From Alphaproteobacteria bacterium (GTDB lineage: Bacteria; Pseudomonadota; Alphaproteobacteria; JAUXUR01): 64,000 nt of DNA. The DNA lies in NCBI GenBank assembly GCA_030680745.1, contig JAUXUR010000077.1, forward strand, positions 4,197 to 68,196, in the 5' to 3' direction. A model generated the notes under the pieces. It was not told where the DNA came from. It saw only the letters and a program-made list of their open reading frames with translations, and searched no databases. Positions 1-8,807 of the stretch are shown piece by piece (the first letter of the stretch is position 1; every line of letters starts with the position of its first letter). The position numbers and the translations under genes are program-made.

Positions 1-2
1 GT

Positions 3-614
3 GCAGCTTTCGGCGAAGCAAGCATTCAAGCGCTAAAAGCCGGTGCAAGCTATGGTATTGCCAATGATATCGATGAAAAACAAATAAAAATTTTAGAAAA
101 CCGCATTGATCCCGAACTCAGATCAAAAATGGCGTTTATGCCGGGTAGTTTTCCAGATAAAGTCACTTGGCCCAAAGATAGTGATCATTTAGATGGCATC
201 CTCATAGCACGTGTTCTTCATTTTTTTGATGGTCCTCAAATTGAGCGTGCGCTCAAAATTTCATTCGAAAAATTAAAACCTGGTGGCAAAATATTTATCC
301 TTGTGAGCGCGCCTTATGTTCGGCAATTAGAAGGCTTGCGTAAAGCAATGGAGGAAGGAAAACAAAAAGGCGAAAAATGGCCAGGTTACACTAAGAACGT
401 ATGGTCATTTTCGCCGTTCATGGCAGATATAATTCAACCTGAATTTCACATGCTTGATTTTGATGTTTTATCAAAGGCCATATGTGAAACTGGTTTCATT
501 CTGGAGTATTTTGAAGAAATCTCATTGTTAGAAAAAAGCCTTGAAAAAGTAAATTCAGCAAATGGCATTGAAGCATTAGCTTTTATTGGTCGCAAACCGC
601 TTAATGGGATGTAG
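3..614 (+). CDS. Class I SAM-dependent methyltransferase; 5' end truncated by the window edge
   Basis: The frame is open from base 3. A Gly-rich SAM-binding-like stretch (GEASIQALKAGASYGIANDID) precedes the annotated ATG at 129. The methyltransferase fold follows (DGILIARVLHFF, KPGGKIFIL). Confidence 0.55.
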   Translation, partial: AAFGEASIQALKAGASYGIANDIDEKQIKILENRIDPELRSKMAFMPGSFPDKVTWPKDSDHLDGILIARVLHFFDGPQIERALKISFEKLKPGGKIFILVSAPYVRQLEGLRKAMEEGKQKGEKWPGYTKNVWSFSPFMADIIQPEFHMLDFDVLSKAICETGFILEYFEEISLLEKSLEKVNSANGIEALAFIGRKPLNGM

Positions 615-643
615 TTATAGAATTATTCACGGCTGCATGGCCT

Positions 644-1336
644 TTAGCTATGTAGCCATTCTTTTAAATATTCCGTTACAAGATCAGGTGCTTCTAACGG
701 TGTTATGTGACCCGCATTTTCGATTAATCTTAAGCATGCTTTTGGAATCAACCGATGCATGTCTACTTGATGCTCAACAGAAATCAACTGATCATTCTGT
801 CCCCCAATAATCAATGTCGGCACATTAATCTGGTGTAATAAAGATGTGCTATCAATACGTGAAAGAATCGCTTTTTCTTGACGAATGAAACCTTCTTGGC
901 CCACACGTTTGGCCATACCGAAAACAGTATCACGTATAGATTGGTTATGAATATTGCTTTTATCTACAAGACTTTTCATTAATTGGGGTGTTACACCCTT
1001 AAATTTGCCTCGTGACGCAAGTTCAATAAAATCAAGACGTCTTTGGCGAATAGCAGGCTCGTCGATACGATGGGTCGTGTTGATAAAAGCTATTTTTTGA
1101 ACGCGATCTGGCGCTTGTCTTAAAATTTCAAATGCAACATAGCCGCCCATTGAAAAACCACAAAGTGCAAATTTTTCAGGTAAAACACTCAAAAGTGTTG
1201 AAACCATTTCAATAATATTTTCGTGTTGCGTTAAATCCGGAATAATAAAGTCGAATTCATTTTCAAGGGCTTGCTTTTGGTGAATCCATAATTCAGCATC
1301 ACATAACAAGCCAGAAAGTAAAACAACGGGATACAT
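644..1336 (-). CDS. alpha/beta-fold hydrolase
   Basis: Nucleophile-elbow motif GFSMGG. A His lies near the C-terminus (NAGHITP). Length 230 aa. Confidence 0.65.
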   Translation of the reverse strand: MYPVVLLSGLLCDAELWIHQKQALENEFDFIIPDLTQHENIIEMVSTLLSVLPEKFALCGFSMGGYVAFEILRQAPDRVQKIAFINTTHRIDEPAIRQRRLDFIELASRGKFKGVTPQLMKSLVDKSNIHNQSIRDTVFGMAKRVGQEGFIRQEKAILSRIDSTSLLHQINVPTLIIGGQNDQLISVEHQVDMHRLIPKACLRLIENAGHITPLEAPDLVTEYLKEWLHS

Positions 1337-1878
1337 TATTGATTTTTGATCATATGATTGATCTCGTTAAATGCATCTGTGCCTGATCTGTGAAGCCATT
1401 CATAGGTTACCATTTCTTTTGTAACGATCTGAACAGCACAATGCGTCATACGTTTTAAAGCAGCTTTTTTATCCGATAATTGACGCGATGAAATAGCGTC
1501 TTCAACAACGAAAACTTGAAACCCTTGCATCTGTAAGCCTATGGCCGTTTGTAATACACAAATATGAGCTTCCATGCCTACAATTACAATTTGTGATCTT
1601 TTTGTGCTTTTAAGATACTCAACAATAGGTTCATCTTCTGCGCAGGAAAAGCATGTTTTTTCAAACGATTTCAAATTATAAACATCAATTTCAGAAATTG
1701 TTTTACCAAGTCCTTTCGGATATTGTTCTGATAAAATAGATGGAACAGTTAAAATTTGTGCAACATCAAGAAGAAATTCTGTTCCCTTTAGAATAAGTTC
1801 TTTTTCAGCCTGTAGAGGAAACAACTTTTCTTGAATATCGATCACCAAAAGAAGCGATTTTGAAGCATTGAGAAGCAT
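1336..1878 (-). CDS. isochorismatase-family (cysteine) hydrolase
   Basis: N-terminal LLVIDIQ motif typical of the isochorismatase/YcaC family. The 1-nt overlap with the downstream hydrolase gene suggests an operon. Confidence 0.6.
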   Translation of the reverse strand: MLLNASKSLLLVIDIQEKLFPLQAEKELILKGTEFLLDVAQILTVPSILSEQYPKGLGKTISEIDVYNLKSFEKTCFSCAEDEPIVEYLKSTKRSQIVIVGMEAHICVLQTAIGLQMQGFQVFVVEDAISSRQLSDKKAALKRMTHCAVQIVTKEMVTYEWLHRSGTDAFNEINHMIKNQ

Positions 1879-1941
1879 GGTTTGATTTAAATCCTATTCA
1901 CATGTAAAATGTCATCTTGGCCCAATCATAAAGCCTAAAGA

Positions 1942-2865
1942 ATGAATGATACAAAATCAACCTTCTTAAATTTTTTTGAACAAAAGACGATTTCGATCCT
2001 CGTATTGATTCTGGCATCATTTTTTCTGTCCACAAGTGCCATTTTAGGACGATTTTCTGAAATTGATCCTACAATTCTTCTTTTTATGCGTTTGATTTTT
2101 GCATCAACTTTTTTAAGTATTTATTTCCCAAATTCTTTTATAACACCAACGAAAACAAGACCAAGATCCACTATTTTTTGGATATTGTTCACAGGGTTTA
2201 ATTTCACAGCAAGTCTTTTTTGTTGGTACACAGCTTTCAATTATACAAGCCACGCCAATGTTATCTTTTTAGGCAATTTATCGCCCATCATTGTTGTTTT
2301 TTTAGCCTATTTTTTCTTGAAAGAACATTTGGATATATCTGCTTGGTTTGGTCTTCTTTTTGCCACTTTTGGAATCTATCTATTGTTTTACGATAATTTT
2401 GATCTTTCAGCCGATTTATGGATAGGTGATCTTATTAGCTTAGGATGTTCCGTTTTTTATGCACTCTATTTTATAGGCATTCGTCAATTATCCAATAAAA
2501 TGAGCAGCAATCAGTCAATTCCCTTGATTACTTTTTCAGCGACTCTTTTTGCATTACCTCTTTTTATTATTTCTGATGTGTCGTTATGGACAATTTCTTT
2601 AAATAATTGGATAGGCGTCATCCTTACAGCTTTTTTGGTGCAACTTATGGGACAGGGTTTGAATTCTTTTTCTATGTCACGTTTGCCAGGATATTATTGC
2701 CTTATCCCTTGTCTTTTATCACCGTCTTTTGCGCTTTTATGGATCTATTTATTTTACGACGAACCTATCAATGCAGCTCAATTAGAAGGAGGGATTTTTA
2801 TTTTTATTTCATTGTCTCTGATTCTTATTAAATTGCCTGTTCGATTACGCCAAAAGAGCATTTGA
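1942..2865 (+). CDS. DMT/EamA-like 10-TM permease
   Basis: Two repeated hydrophobic 5-TM halves. No other motif. Confidence 0.5.
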   Translation: MNDTKSTFLNFFEQKTISILVLILASFFLSTSAILGRFSEIDPTILLFMRLIFASTFLSIYFPNSFITPTKTRPRSTIFWILFTGFNFTASLFCWYTAFNYTSHANVIFLGNLSPIIVVFLAYFFLKEHLDISAWFGLLFATFGIYLLFYDNFDLSADLWIGDLISLGCSVFYALYFIGIRQLSNKMSSNQSIPLITFSATLFALPLFIISDVSLWTISLNNWIGVILTAFLVQLMGQGLNSFSMSRLPGYYCLIPCLLSPSFALLWIYLFYDEPINAAQLEGGIFIFISLSLILIKLPVRLRQKSI

Positions 2866-2918
2866 CTTTTAAGCAACAATCACCAAATAGTAGGATATAG
2901 GCCTATGGAGTTTAAATT

Positions 2919-3248
2919 ATGTCCCATGTCACAGTTACTGAAAATGCAGCCAAACGTATCTTAACGCTTATTGCAAAGCGCAATAAGCCAAATTTGATGC
3001 TGCGCATTATCGTTTTAGGTGGCGGATGCTCGGGATTTCAATATAAGATTGAACTCGATGATCAGCTTAATGACGACGATAAAATCTTCGATCAAAATAA
3101 TATTAAACTTGTTGTTGATGAAACGTCTTTAGGTCTTCTTGAAGGGATGACCTTGGATTATGTGGAAGAACTTATTGGCGCATCCTTTCAAATTAAAAAC
3201 CCTAATGCTACCGCCTCTTGCGGATGTGGCAATTCATTTGCGATATAA
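2919..3248 (+). CDS. erpA: iron-sulfur cluster insertion protein (A-type carrier, HesB/IscA family)
   Basis: 109 aa. GGGCSGFQY motif and C-terminal CGCGNSF motif. Confidence 0.8.
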   Translation: MSHVTVTENAAKRILTLIAKRNKPNLMLRIIVLGGGCSGFQYKIELDDQLNDDDKIFDQNNIKLVVDETSLGLLEGMTLDYVEELIGASFQIKNPNATASCGCGNSFAI

Positions 3249-3254
3249 CTACCC

Positions 3255-3375
3255 ATCCTATGGGTAAATTCGTCGTCAAGTTTGCCCAAAATATATAAAC
3301 TGGCAGTGCTCATGTACTTTAGTACATGTAGCTATGGTTCTCACCTTTCCTAGATTTTTCCTCATAATCTGGGTA
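3255..3375. repeat. Intergenic repeat family B copy (core tatggNcaaattcgtcgtcaag...catgtac..gtacatg...ggttctc...ctag)
   Basis: Near-identical core also at 35518-35625, 51205-51305 and twice in tandem at 16990-17318. Confidence 0.7.
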
Positions 3376-3404
3376 GTTTAATTTAGATGCACTAGAGAGT
3401 TATT

Positions 3405-4175
3405 ATGACCCTTATTGTTTCCTGGAATGTTAATTCCATCCGTGTTCGTTTAGAGCATTTAGTACAGTTTTTAAAAAATCGTCAGCCAGATATTATGTTA
3501 TTGCAAGAGCTTAAAGCGCAAGATGACGTTTTTCCTTATGATGAAATCCAAAATCTAGGCTATAACGCCGCAATACATGGACAAAAAACTTATAACGGTG
3601 TCGCCATTCTTTCAAAATTACCCATTAGTAATGTTGTAAAAGGTTTGCCAGGTGATGATGAAGATCTAGAGGCGCGTTATATAGAAGCGCTTTGCGGACC
3701 GTATCATGTAGCATCCGTTTATGTGCCCAATGGTCAAGAAGTAGGCAGTGAAAAATACCAATATAAACTGAAATTCTATGAACGACTTTACACACATCTA
3801 CAACAACTTTTACGCAATAATGATCAAACGATCATTGGTGGCGATTATAACGTGGCGCCTTACGATATTGATGTTTATGATCCGGAAGCTTTGGGAAATC
3901 AAATTCTTTGCTCAACAGCTGAACGTAATGCCTTTCGAAAATTACTACATTTGGGTTATTATGACAGTTTCAGAGCAATCTACCCCAACGAACAATCCTT
4001 TTCGTGGTGGGATTATAGGGCTGGTGCTTGGCCTAAAAATGAAGGTTTACGGATAGATCATCTTTTACTCTCTCCAAAAGCCACCGATGGCCTTTTAGAC
4101 ACAGGTATTGACAAAGAAATGCGTGCTGCAACAAAAGCATCTGATCATGCGCCTGTTTGGTGTAAGTTAGTTTAA
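3405..4175 (+). CDS. xthA: exodeoxyribonuclease III
   Basis: N-terminal SWNVNSIRVR and C-terminal SDHAPV motifs of the Xth/APE1 family. 256 aa. Confidence 0.85.
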   Translation: MTLIVSWNVNSIRVRLEHLVQFLKNRQPDIMLLQELKAQDDVFPYDEIQNLGYNAAIHGQKTYNGVAILSKLPISNVVKGLPGDDEDLEARYIEALCGPYHVASVYVPNGQEVGSEKYQYKLKFYERLYTHLQQLLRNNDQTIIGGDYNVAPYDIDVYDPEALGNQILCSTAERNAFRKLLHLGYYDSFRAIYPNEQSFSWWDYRAGAWPKNEGLRIDHLLLSPKATDGLLDTGIDKEMRAATKASDHAPVWCKLV

Positions 4176-4193
4176 ATTACTAACGACGTGAAC

Positions 4194-4413
4194 TTGGAAA
4201 TTAAAAAACAGACGAACTAAAGCATAACCAATTGAATTAAAAAAAACCAAATGGCTTCGTCGTTGCGAACCCCCATAGGGGGTGCAGCAATCCAGTCCTA
4301 AAATCAACATGTTAGCCTTTGAAAGGCTATTTTCTGGATTGCTTCTTCGCCCCTTTTTATTTGGGGCTCATCGCAACGACGGAAACTATAGGTTTCCTAT
4401 AAAATTAATTTCC
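4194..4413. repeat. MITE-like element family A, copy 1. It has terminal inverted repeats ttggaaatt / aatttcc and internal nested palindromes (cgtcgttgcgaacc...ggattgc...catcgcaacgacgg).
   Basis: Homologous copies at 45636-45846 and a truncated one at 48744-48890. Internal arms are reverse-complementary. Confidence 0.7.
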
Positions 4414-4448
4414 GAGTTTGCATTAACTATATCTTAAGGGTTAACATC

Positions 4449-4928
4449 ATGATTAAAAACGTAATTTTCTGTCTTTCTCTTCTTATTGCTGCATCTCCAC
4501 TTTTTGCCGAAAATAAAGCTGAAGAACCAAATGTAAAATACTATATCGGAACCGTAACAATCACTAATCCCTGGGCAAAAAACACGGCTAAAGATCAAAA
4601 AAATGCTGCCATTTATATGGAATTAATTTCAGGAACTAACGATAAATTAATTAAGGCTGAAGCACTAGATCTTGCTGATCGTATTGAACTTCACGATCAT
4701 ATCGTGGACGCGCAGGGCGTTGCAAAAATGGTTGAAACAAAAGCAATTGAATTGAGAGCCAATGAAAAAGTAATGCTCAAGCCACGCGGACGTCACGTCA
4801 TGCTTTTTGGTCTTAAAAAACAATTTAATGTTGGCGACAGACTACATATGAAGCTTACTTTTGAAATAGCGGGCACGCATGAAGTTCAAGTTGAAGTCAA
4901 AGATCAAAGCCATAATTGTTGTGGCTAA
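4449..4928 (+). CDS. periplasmic copper chaperone PCu(A)C (DUF461 family)
   Basis: Signal peptide. H..D..M and RGRHVMLFGLK motif characteristic of PCuAC. C-terminal His/Cys-rich tail. Confidence 0.65.
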   Translation: MIKNVIFCLSLLIAASPLFAENKAEEPNVKYYIGTVTITNPWAKNTAKDQKNAAIYMELISGTNDKLIKAEALDLADRIELHDHIVDAQGVAKMVETKAIELRANEKVMLKPRGRHVMLFGLKKQFNVGDRLHMKLTFEIAGTHEVQVEVKDQSHNCCG

Positions 4929-5118
4929 AATCACTAAATAAATATCGTCATTTTATATAATTGAGCTGTTTTTTTATGGTGTTAAAACTTTAACAAGATG
5001 GCTCCATTCTTTTGGTAAGCATATCAAAAAACATTATAAAGTTAATACACACCAACACAAAAATGTTTAAAAAGGCTTGCATGGGCTATAAAAAGACTGT
5101 ATATTTTCTCTATTCTTT

Positions 5119-5193
<75 letters not shown>

Positions 5194-5195
5194 AT

Positions 5196-6518
5196 TCAGT
5201 TTATCGTATGCCTTTTTTTAAAATCTACCTGATAACGATTACTTTTAGATTTTGGTTTTGGCTTTTTAATTTTTTTCTGAATTTTTAATACGTTCGGCAA
5301 TTTCTTATCTTTTTTACTTGGTTCTATAATCACTGGTATTTGAAGTGCGTTATCCATAGAAAATATGATAAAAGGCATAAAATAAGGTATGTTTTGTTTT
5401 TCTTTTATATTTGCAATTGTAGAAGTTGACATATCTTTTAAAAAGAGCTCAATATATATTCTTATTGCAGCACGTTCAGTTTCAGGATAGGCTAAAAAAT
5501 AATTTTTAAAAAAACTTTGCATTGCAATACTAGCGTTTGTGCATATGTTCGAAATAGTTGTTGCGCATATTTCGGTTTCGTTCATAGCATCAAAAAAAGA
5601 AATAAAAATTGAAAACAAATCACCCTCAACTGGATTGCTATCAGTTGTTTTCGATACGTAGCTGTCATTATCAATAGTTTCAACTTGGTTTTTTGTAAAA
5701 TCAAAATAAATATTCCCGCCATGCGCATCCCCATGGGTAATTGTTTTATAATAATCGGTTAGTTTTTTTTCGTAGCGCGTAATTGGATTGTTTTCAAATG
5801 TATCATCTTGCAATAAATCTTTACTAAGCAATGTTGATTGATCCATAAATGTAACATGCATATTTCCAAAAGCTTGACCTAATTTTTCGTAAGCTTTGAT
5901 AATATTATTAATAGATTCATTCTCGATAATATCATGAAATGGTTTTCCTTGGGCTGCATTTAAGATAATAAAATATCTATTTTTATCATTACTATCCATA
6001 TAATCAAATGAAAAAGGTAGTGCAAATAATGGTTTTGGAAAATCAGTTGGATTGTCTAAAAGCCATTGAATTTTATGATTTGACTGAACAATTCTTAAAT
6101 TATTGACCTCAATATCATAATCCTCTAAATTTTTAATAACATAGGTTAATTTCCATTCATTTGATGCTATTGGGTTTAAGCATTGCTGATTAATACTAAT
6201 AAGTGTAATTTTTAAATCACGTTCTGAATCAGATGGATTTCTTAATTGAACACAATTTGGATTTATCAAACGATCGCCCCTTTCATTTGGATCTAAATAT
6301 AAACTATTGTCTAAAAAATCAAAATATTCTTCACCATTTTCATCTTGTTCAATATTTTTTTTACTAAGCCAATCCGCAATAGATTCAATCTTAAGACCAT
6401 TTTCAGATATCTCATCATTGGTGACAAATATTTCTTCAAAAGCATATAAAACATTTGATGTAAAAAAAACGCCTATAAAATAGAGAACGCCTATAAAATT
6501 ATTCATAACAACCTCCAC
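5196..6518 (-). CDS. Secreted or membrane-anchored phosphotransferase-fold protein (APH/choline-kinase-like); horizontally acquired islet gene
   Basis: N-terminal hydrophobic segment. Brenner-type motif ITHGDAHGGNIYFD followed by TIDND. Lys-rich tail (KKIKKPKPKSK). The gene is visibly AT-richer than its flanks and lies between two identical tRNA-Gln genes. Confidence 0.5.
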   Translation of the reverse strand: MEVVMNNFIGVLYFIGVFFTSNVLYAFEEIFVTNDEISENGLKIESIADWLSKKNIEQDENGEEYFDFLDNSLYLDPNERGDRLINPNCVQLRNPSDSERDLKITLISINQQCLNPIASNEWKLTYVIKNLEDYDIEVNNLRIVQSNHKIQWLLDNPTDFPKPLFALPFSFDYMDSNDKNRYFIILNAAQGKPFHDIIENESINNIIKAYEKLGQAFGNMHVTFMDQSTLLSKDLLQDDTFENNPITRYEKKLTDYYKTITHGDAHGGNIYFDFTKNQVETIDNDSYVSKTTDSNPVEGDLFSIFISFFDAMNETEICATTISNICTNASIAMQSFFKNYFLAYPETERAAIRIYIELFLKDMSTSTIANIKEKQNIPYFMPFIIFSMDNALQIPVIIEPSKKDKKLPNVLKIQKKIKKPKPKSKSNRYQVDFKKRHTIN

Positions 6519-6701
6519 CTGTACATGTTCTATTATTTGTAAAAAAGATTAAAATAAAGTTAAAAAATATTTTATATTTCTACTTTAGTAAATTTATTTT
6601 ACAATTTATTTTGATCTTTATAAAAACAATCAATTAATAGCAGAAGCCTACAAAAGGGGTTGTGTAAGATGTAAAAAGGCTGTATCTTGTCATTATTCTT
6701 T

Positions 6702-6776
<75 letters not shown>

Positions 6777-6861
6777 ATTTTATTCATTAGCTCATTTCAC
6801 TTTTTTTTCTTAATTATATTTTTAAAAAACGCTACAAAATAATTCAATTTACATGACAAAG

Positions 6862-7200
6862 AATGAAATTAAGCCCATTTTTAACTATCCAGCTCTCACA
6901 CTCCGCAACTTATTTCTAAGAAGTGAAAACAATTTTTTACCAAAAGCCCTCTAAAAGAAGAGTTTTTTACCTCTCCCCTTGTGGGAGAGGTCGCGACCAA
7001 AGGGAGCGGGTGAGGGGTATTTTACAATTTTGGAGAGATGCGTATTTGTTTGGCAATGCTTAGATTATGGCGTGATGGCGTTGCTCTTTGTAAACGCTTT
7101 ATACACCCCTCACCCGTCGCTGCGCGTCGACCTCTCCCACAAGGGGAGAGGTAAAACCGAAGCAATTTCATTTTTTGTTTTGTAGATTGATTTTAATTAT
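6862..7200. repeat. Composite intergenic repeat family C, copy 1. It comprises the module aagcccatttttaactatcc...ccaaaagc plus a ~220-bp palindrome built on cctctccccttgtgggagaggtcgcg / cgcgtcgacctctcccacaaggggagagg.
   Basis: A second copy at 23183-23560 is >90% identical by eye. The arms are exact reverse complements. Confidence 0.75.
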
Positions 7201-8236
7201 AAATAATTTTTTGATCATTCCTATGAATAAAGCGTTGATTAGCAGCATCAAGCGCATCAATCAGTTCGCGGCCAATATTGCCACCCATTCCATTGATTTT
7301 TAAACGTAGGATCGCTTTAAATGAATTTATATGATCTTTAATAAGTCCTAAACAATCATCTGATAAATCGTGAATCGATGTTAAATCGTAAAGAGATTGC
7401 GCAACAATAGCGACAAGCGGGTAATCAAAAATCCCTCCTAAGCCTCGCAATTCATGTGAGGTTGAATTCAATCTTTCAAAAAAGGGCTTACGTTTAGATT
7501 CTTCTAAGTTTTCAGAGGATTTGCAATCACTTTCTAAAAGATGGATATACTTTAATACGACATCAAGAAAACCTTGCGTTTGTTTAGTAAGCTCTTTTCG
7601 AATCTCACGCATAATCTGTGGATCAACAATAGGGTATTCATCAGATGATTCATTTGAAGTTTTTTGATTTTTTTTTGGCATCACACTTAAGATGCGATAT
7701 TTTTTTACCTGTTCGGGTTTATCGAGTGGGCCGCGTCGATCGATTGTATAAGCTTCACGGGCTTTTTTACGTCTGTCTGGACCAAAAAAATTATCCGTTT
7801 TAACAAAAGTATTTTCATTCGTTAAAAGACGTTGTAAATGTCCCGTTACGGCGTCAACAGAAAAAGGCTTTGACAAAAATCCATTGCCACCAAGATCGCG
7901 TGCCCTGGTTATTTTTTCAACATCACAAATACCACTAATCATAATAAAAGGAATAAAGGGATTGGGTGATGCCTGATGTTGACGAACCCATCTTAAAAGT
8001 GAGATACCATCAACGGGCGACATTAACCAATCTGATATGATTAAATCTATGCCGCAACTACCAGGTTTGCTATGATCTTGAGGGTATGTTTTTAACACCT
8101 CAATAGCCTCTCCACCATCGCGTGCCTTCAATACATCCCCAATACCTAAACAACGCAAAATCGATGTAATAAGCCCCCTAACTTGATCACTATCTTCAAC
8201 AAGAAGTATCCTGATATCTTGAAAGCTTTTAATCAT
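7193..8236 (-). CDS. response regulator with N-terminal receiver domain and C-terminal Hpt (histidine phosphotransfer) domain
   Basis: REC motifs (LLVEDSD, ISDWLMSPVDG, SKP). C-terminal HELRGLGGIFDYPLV matches the Hpt H-x-L-K/R-G signature. Confidence 0.6.
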   Translation of the reverse strand: MIKSFQDIRILLVEDSDQVRGLITSILRCLGIGDVLKARDGGEAIEVLKTYPQDHSKPGSCGIDLIISDWLMSPVDGISLLRWVRQHQASPNPFIPFIMISGICDVEKITRARDLGGNGFLSKPFSVDAVTGHLQRLLTNENTFVKTDNFFGPDRRKKAREAYTIDRRGPLDKPEQVKKYRILSVMPKKNQKTSNESSDEYPIVDPQIMREIRKELTKQTQGFLDVVLKYIHLLESDCKSSENLEESKRKPFFERLNSTSHELRGLGGIFDYPLVAIVAQSLYDLTSIHDLSDDCLGLIKDHINSFKAILRLKINGMGGNIGRELIDALDAANQRFIHRNDQKIIYN

Positions 8237-8242
8237 TTTATA

Positions 8243-8665
8243 TTACCTTGCAATTGCGTTCGTCAGTCCAATGGCATTGGCAATTTGCTTTGAAATTGCT
8301 TCAAATGTAAATGGTTTAGTAATGTAACCTTGGATTGTTAAATTACCCATTTTACTTTCAAGTTGAGATGCATTGAAATCACTCACCATAATGACAGGTA
8401 GGTTTTTATTGGGACTATCTGATGAAGTACGCACCCATTTTGTAAGTTCTCCACCATCAATAGGTGTCATATACCAATCTGTTATCATCAAATGGATCGG
8501 GGAGTTTTGACGATATCTTGATTTAATTATATCGATCGCTTCTTTGCCGTTTTTGGCAAAAATGATTTTAGCTGATTTCATGCGTGACAAAAGTGCATTC
8601 ATTAAAAATTGTGTTGAGATATTATCTTCAACCACAAGTAGCGTTAAATCGTCTATCATCATCAT
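8243..8665 (-). CDS. single-domain response regulator (CheY-like receiver)
   Basis: LLVVEDN, MITDWYMTPIDG, TKP motifs. 140 aa. Lies 6 bp upstream of the REC-Hpt gene on the same strand. Confidence 0.7.
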   Translation of the reverse strand: MMMIDDLTLLVVEDNISTQFLMNALLSRMKSAKIIFAKNGKEAIDIIKSRYRQNSPIHLMITDWYMTPIDGGELTKWVRTSSDSPNKNLPVIMVSDFNASQLESKMGNLTIQGYITKPFTFEAISKQIANAIGLTNAIAR

Positions 8666-8807
8666 GAAACTTCTTATTTTTCTTGTTTATCTACCTAATT
8701 GTTCACTGTAATGAAGGATGGGTCAAGCAAAAACAAAAAGATTGCATATTTTTTAAAACTTCTTAAATTAGGTAAGCACAGGTTAAATACATTAGGATTT
8801 TAATAAA

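Noticed and set aside
6979-7185. 68-aa ORF (and the similar ORFs 23079-23387 and 23362-23559) predicted inside the family C palindromic repeat
   Set aside because: These lie entirely within a non-coding palindromic repeat. The reading frames differ between the two repeat copies and the predicted peptides are Arg/Gly-rich translation artefacts of the GC-rich arms.
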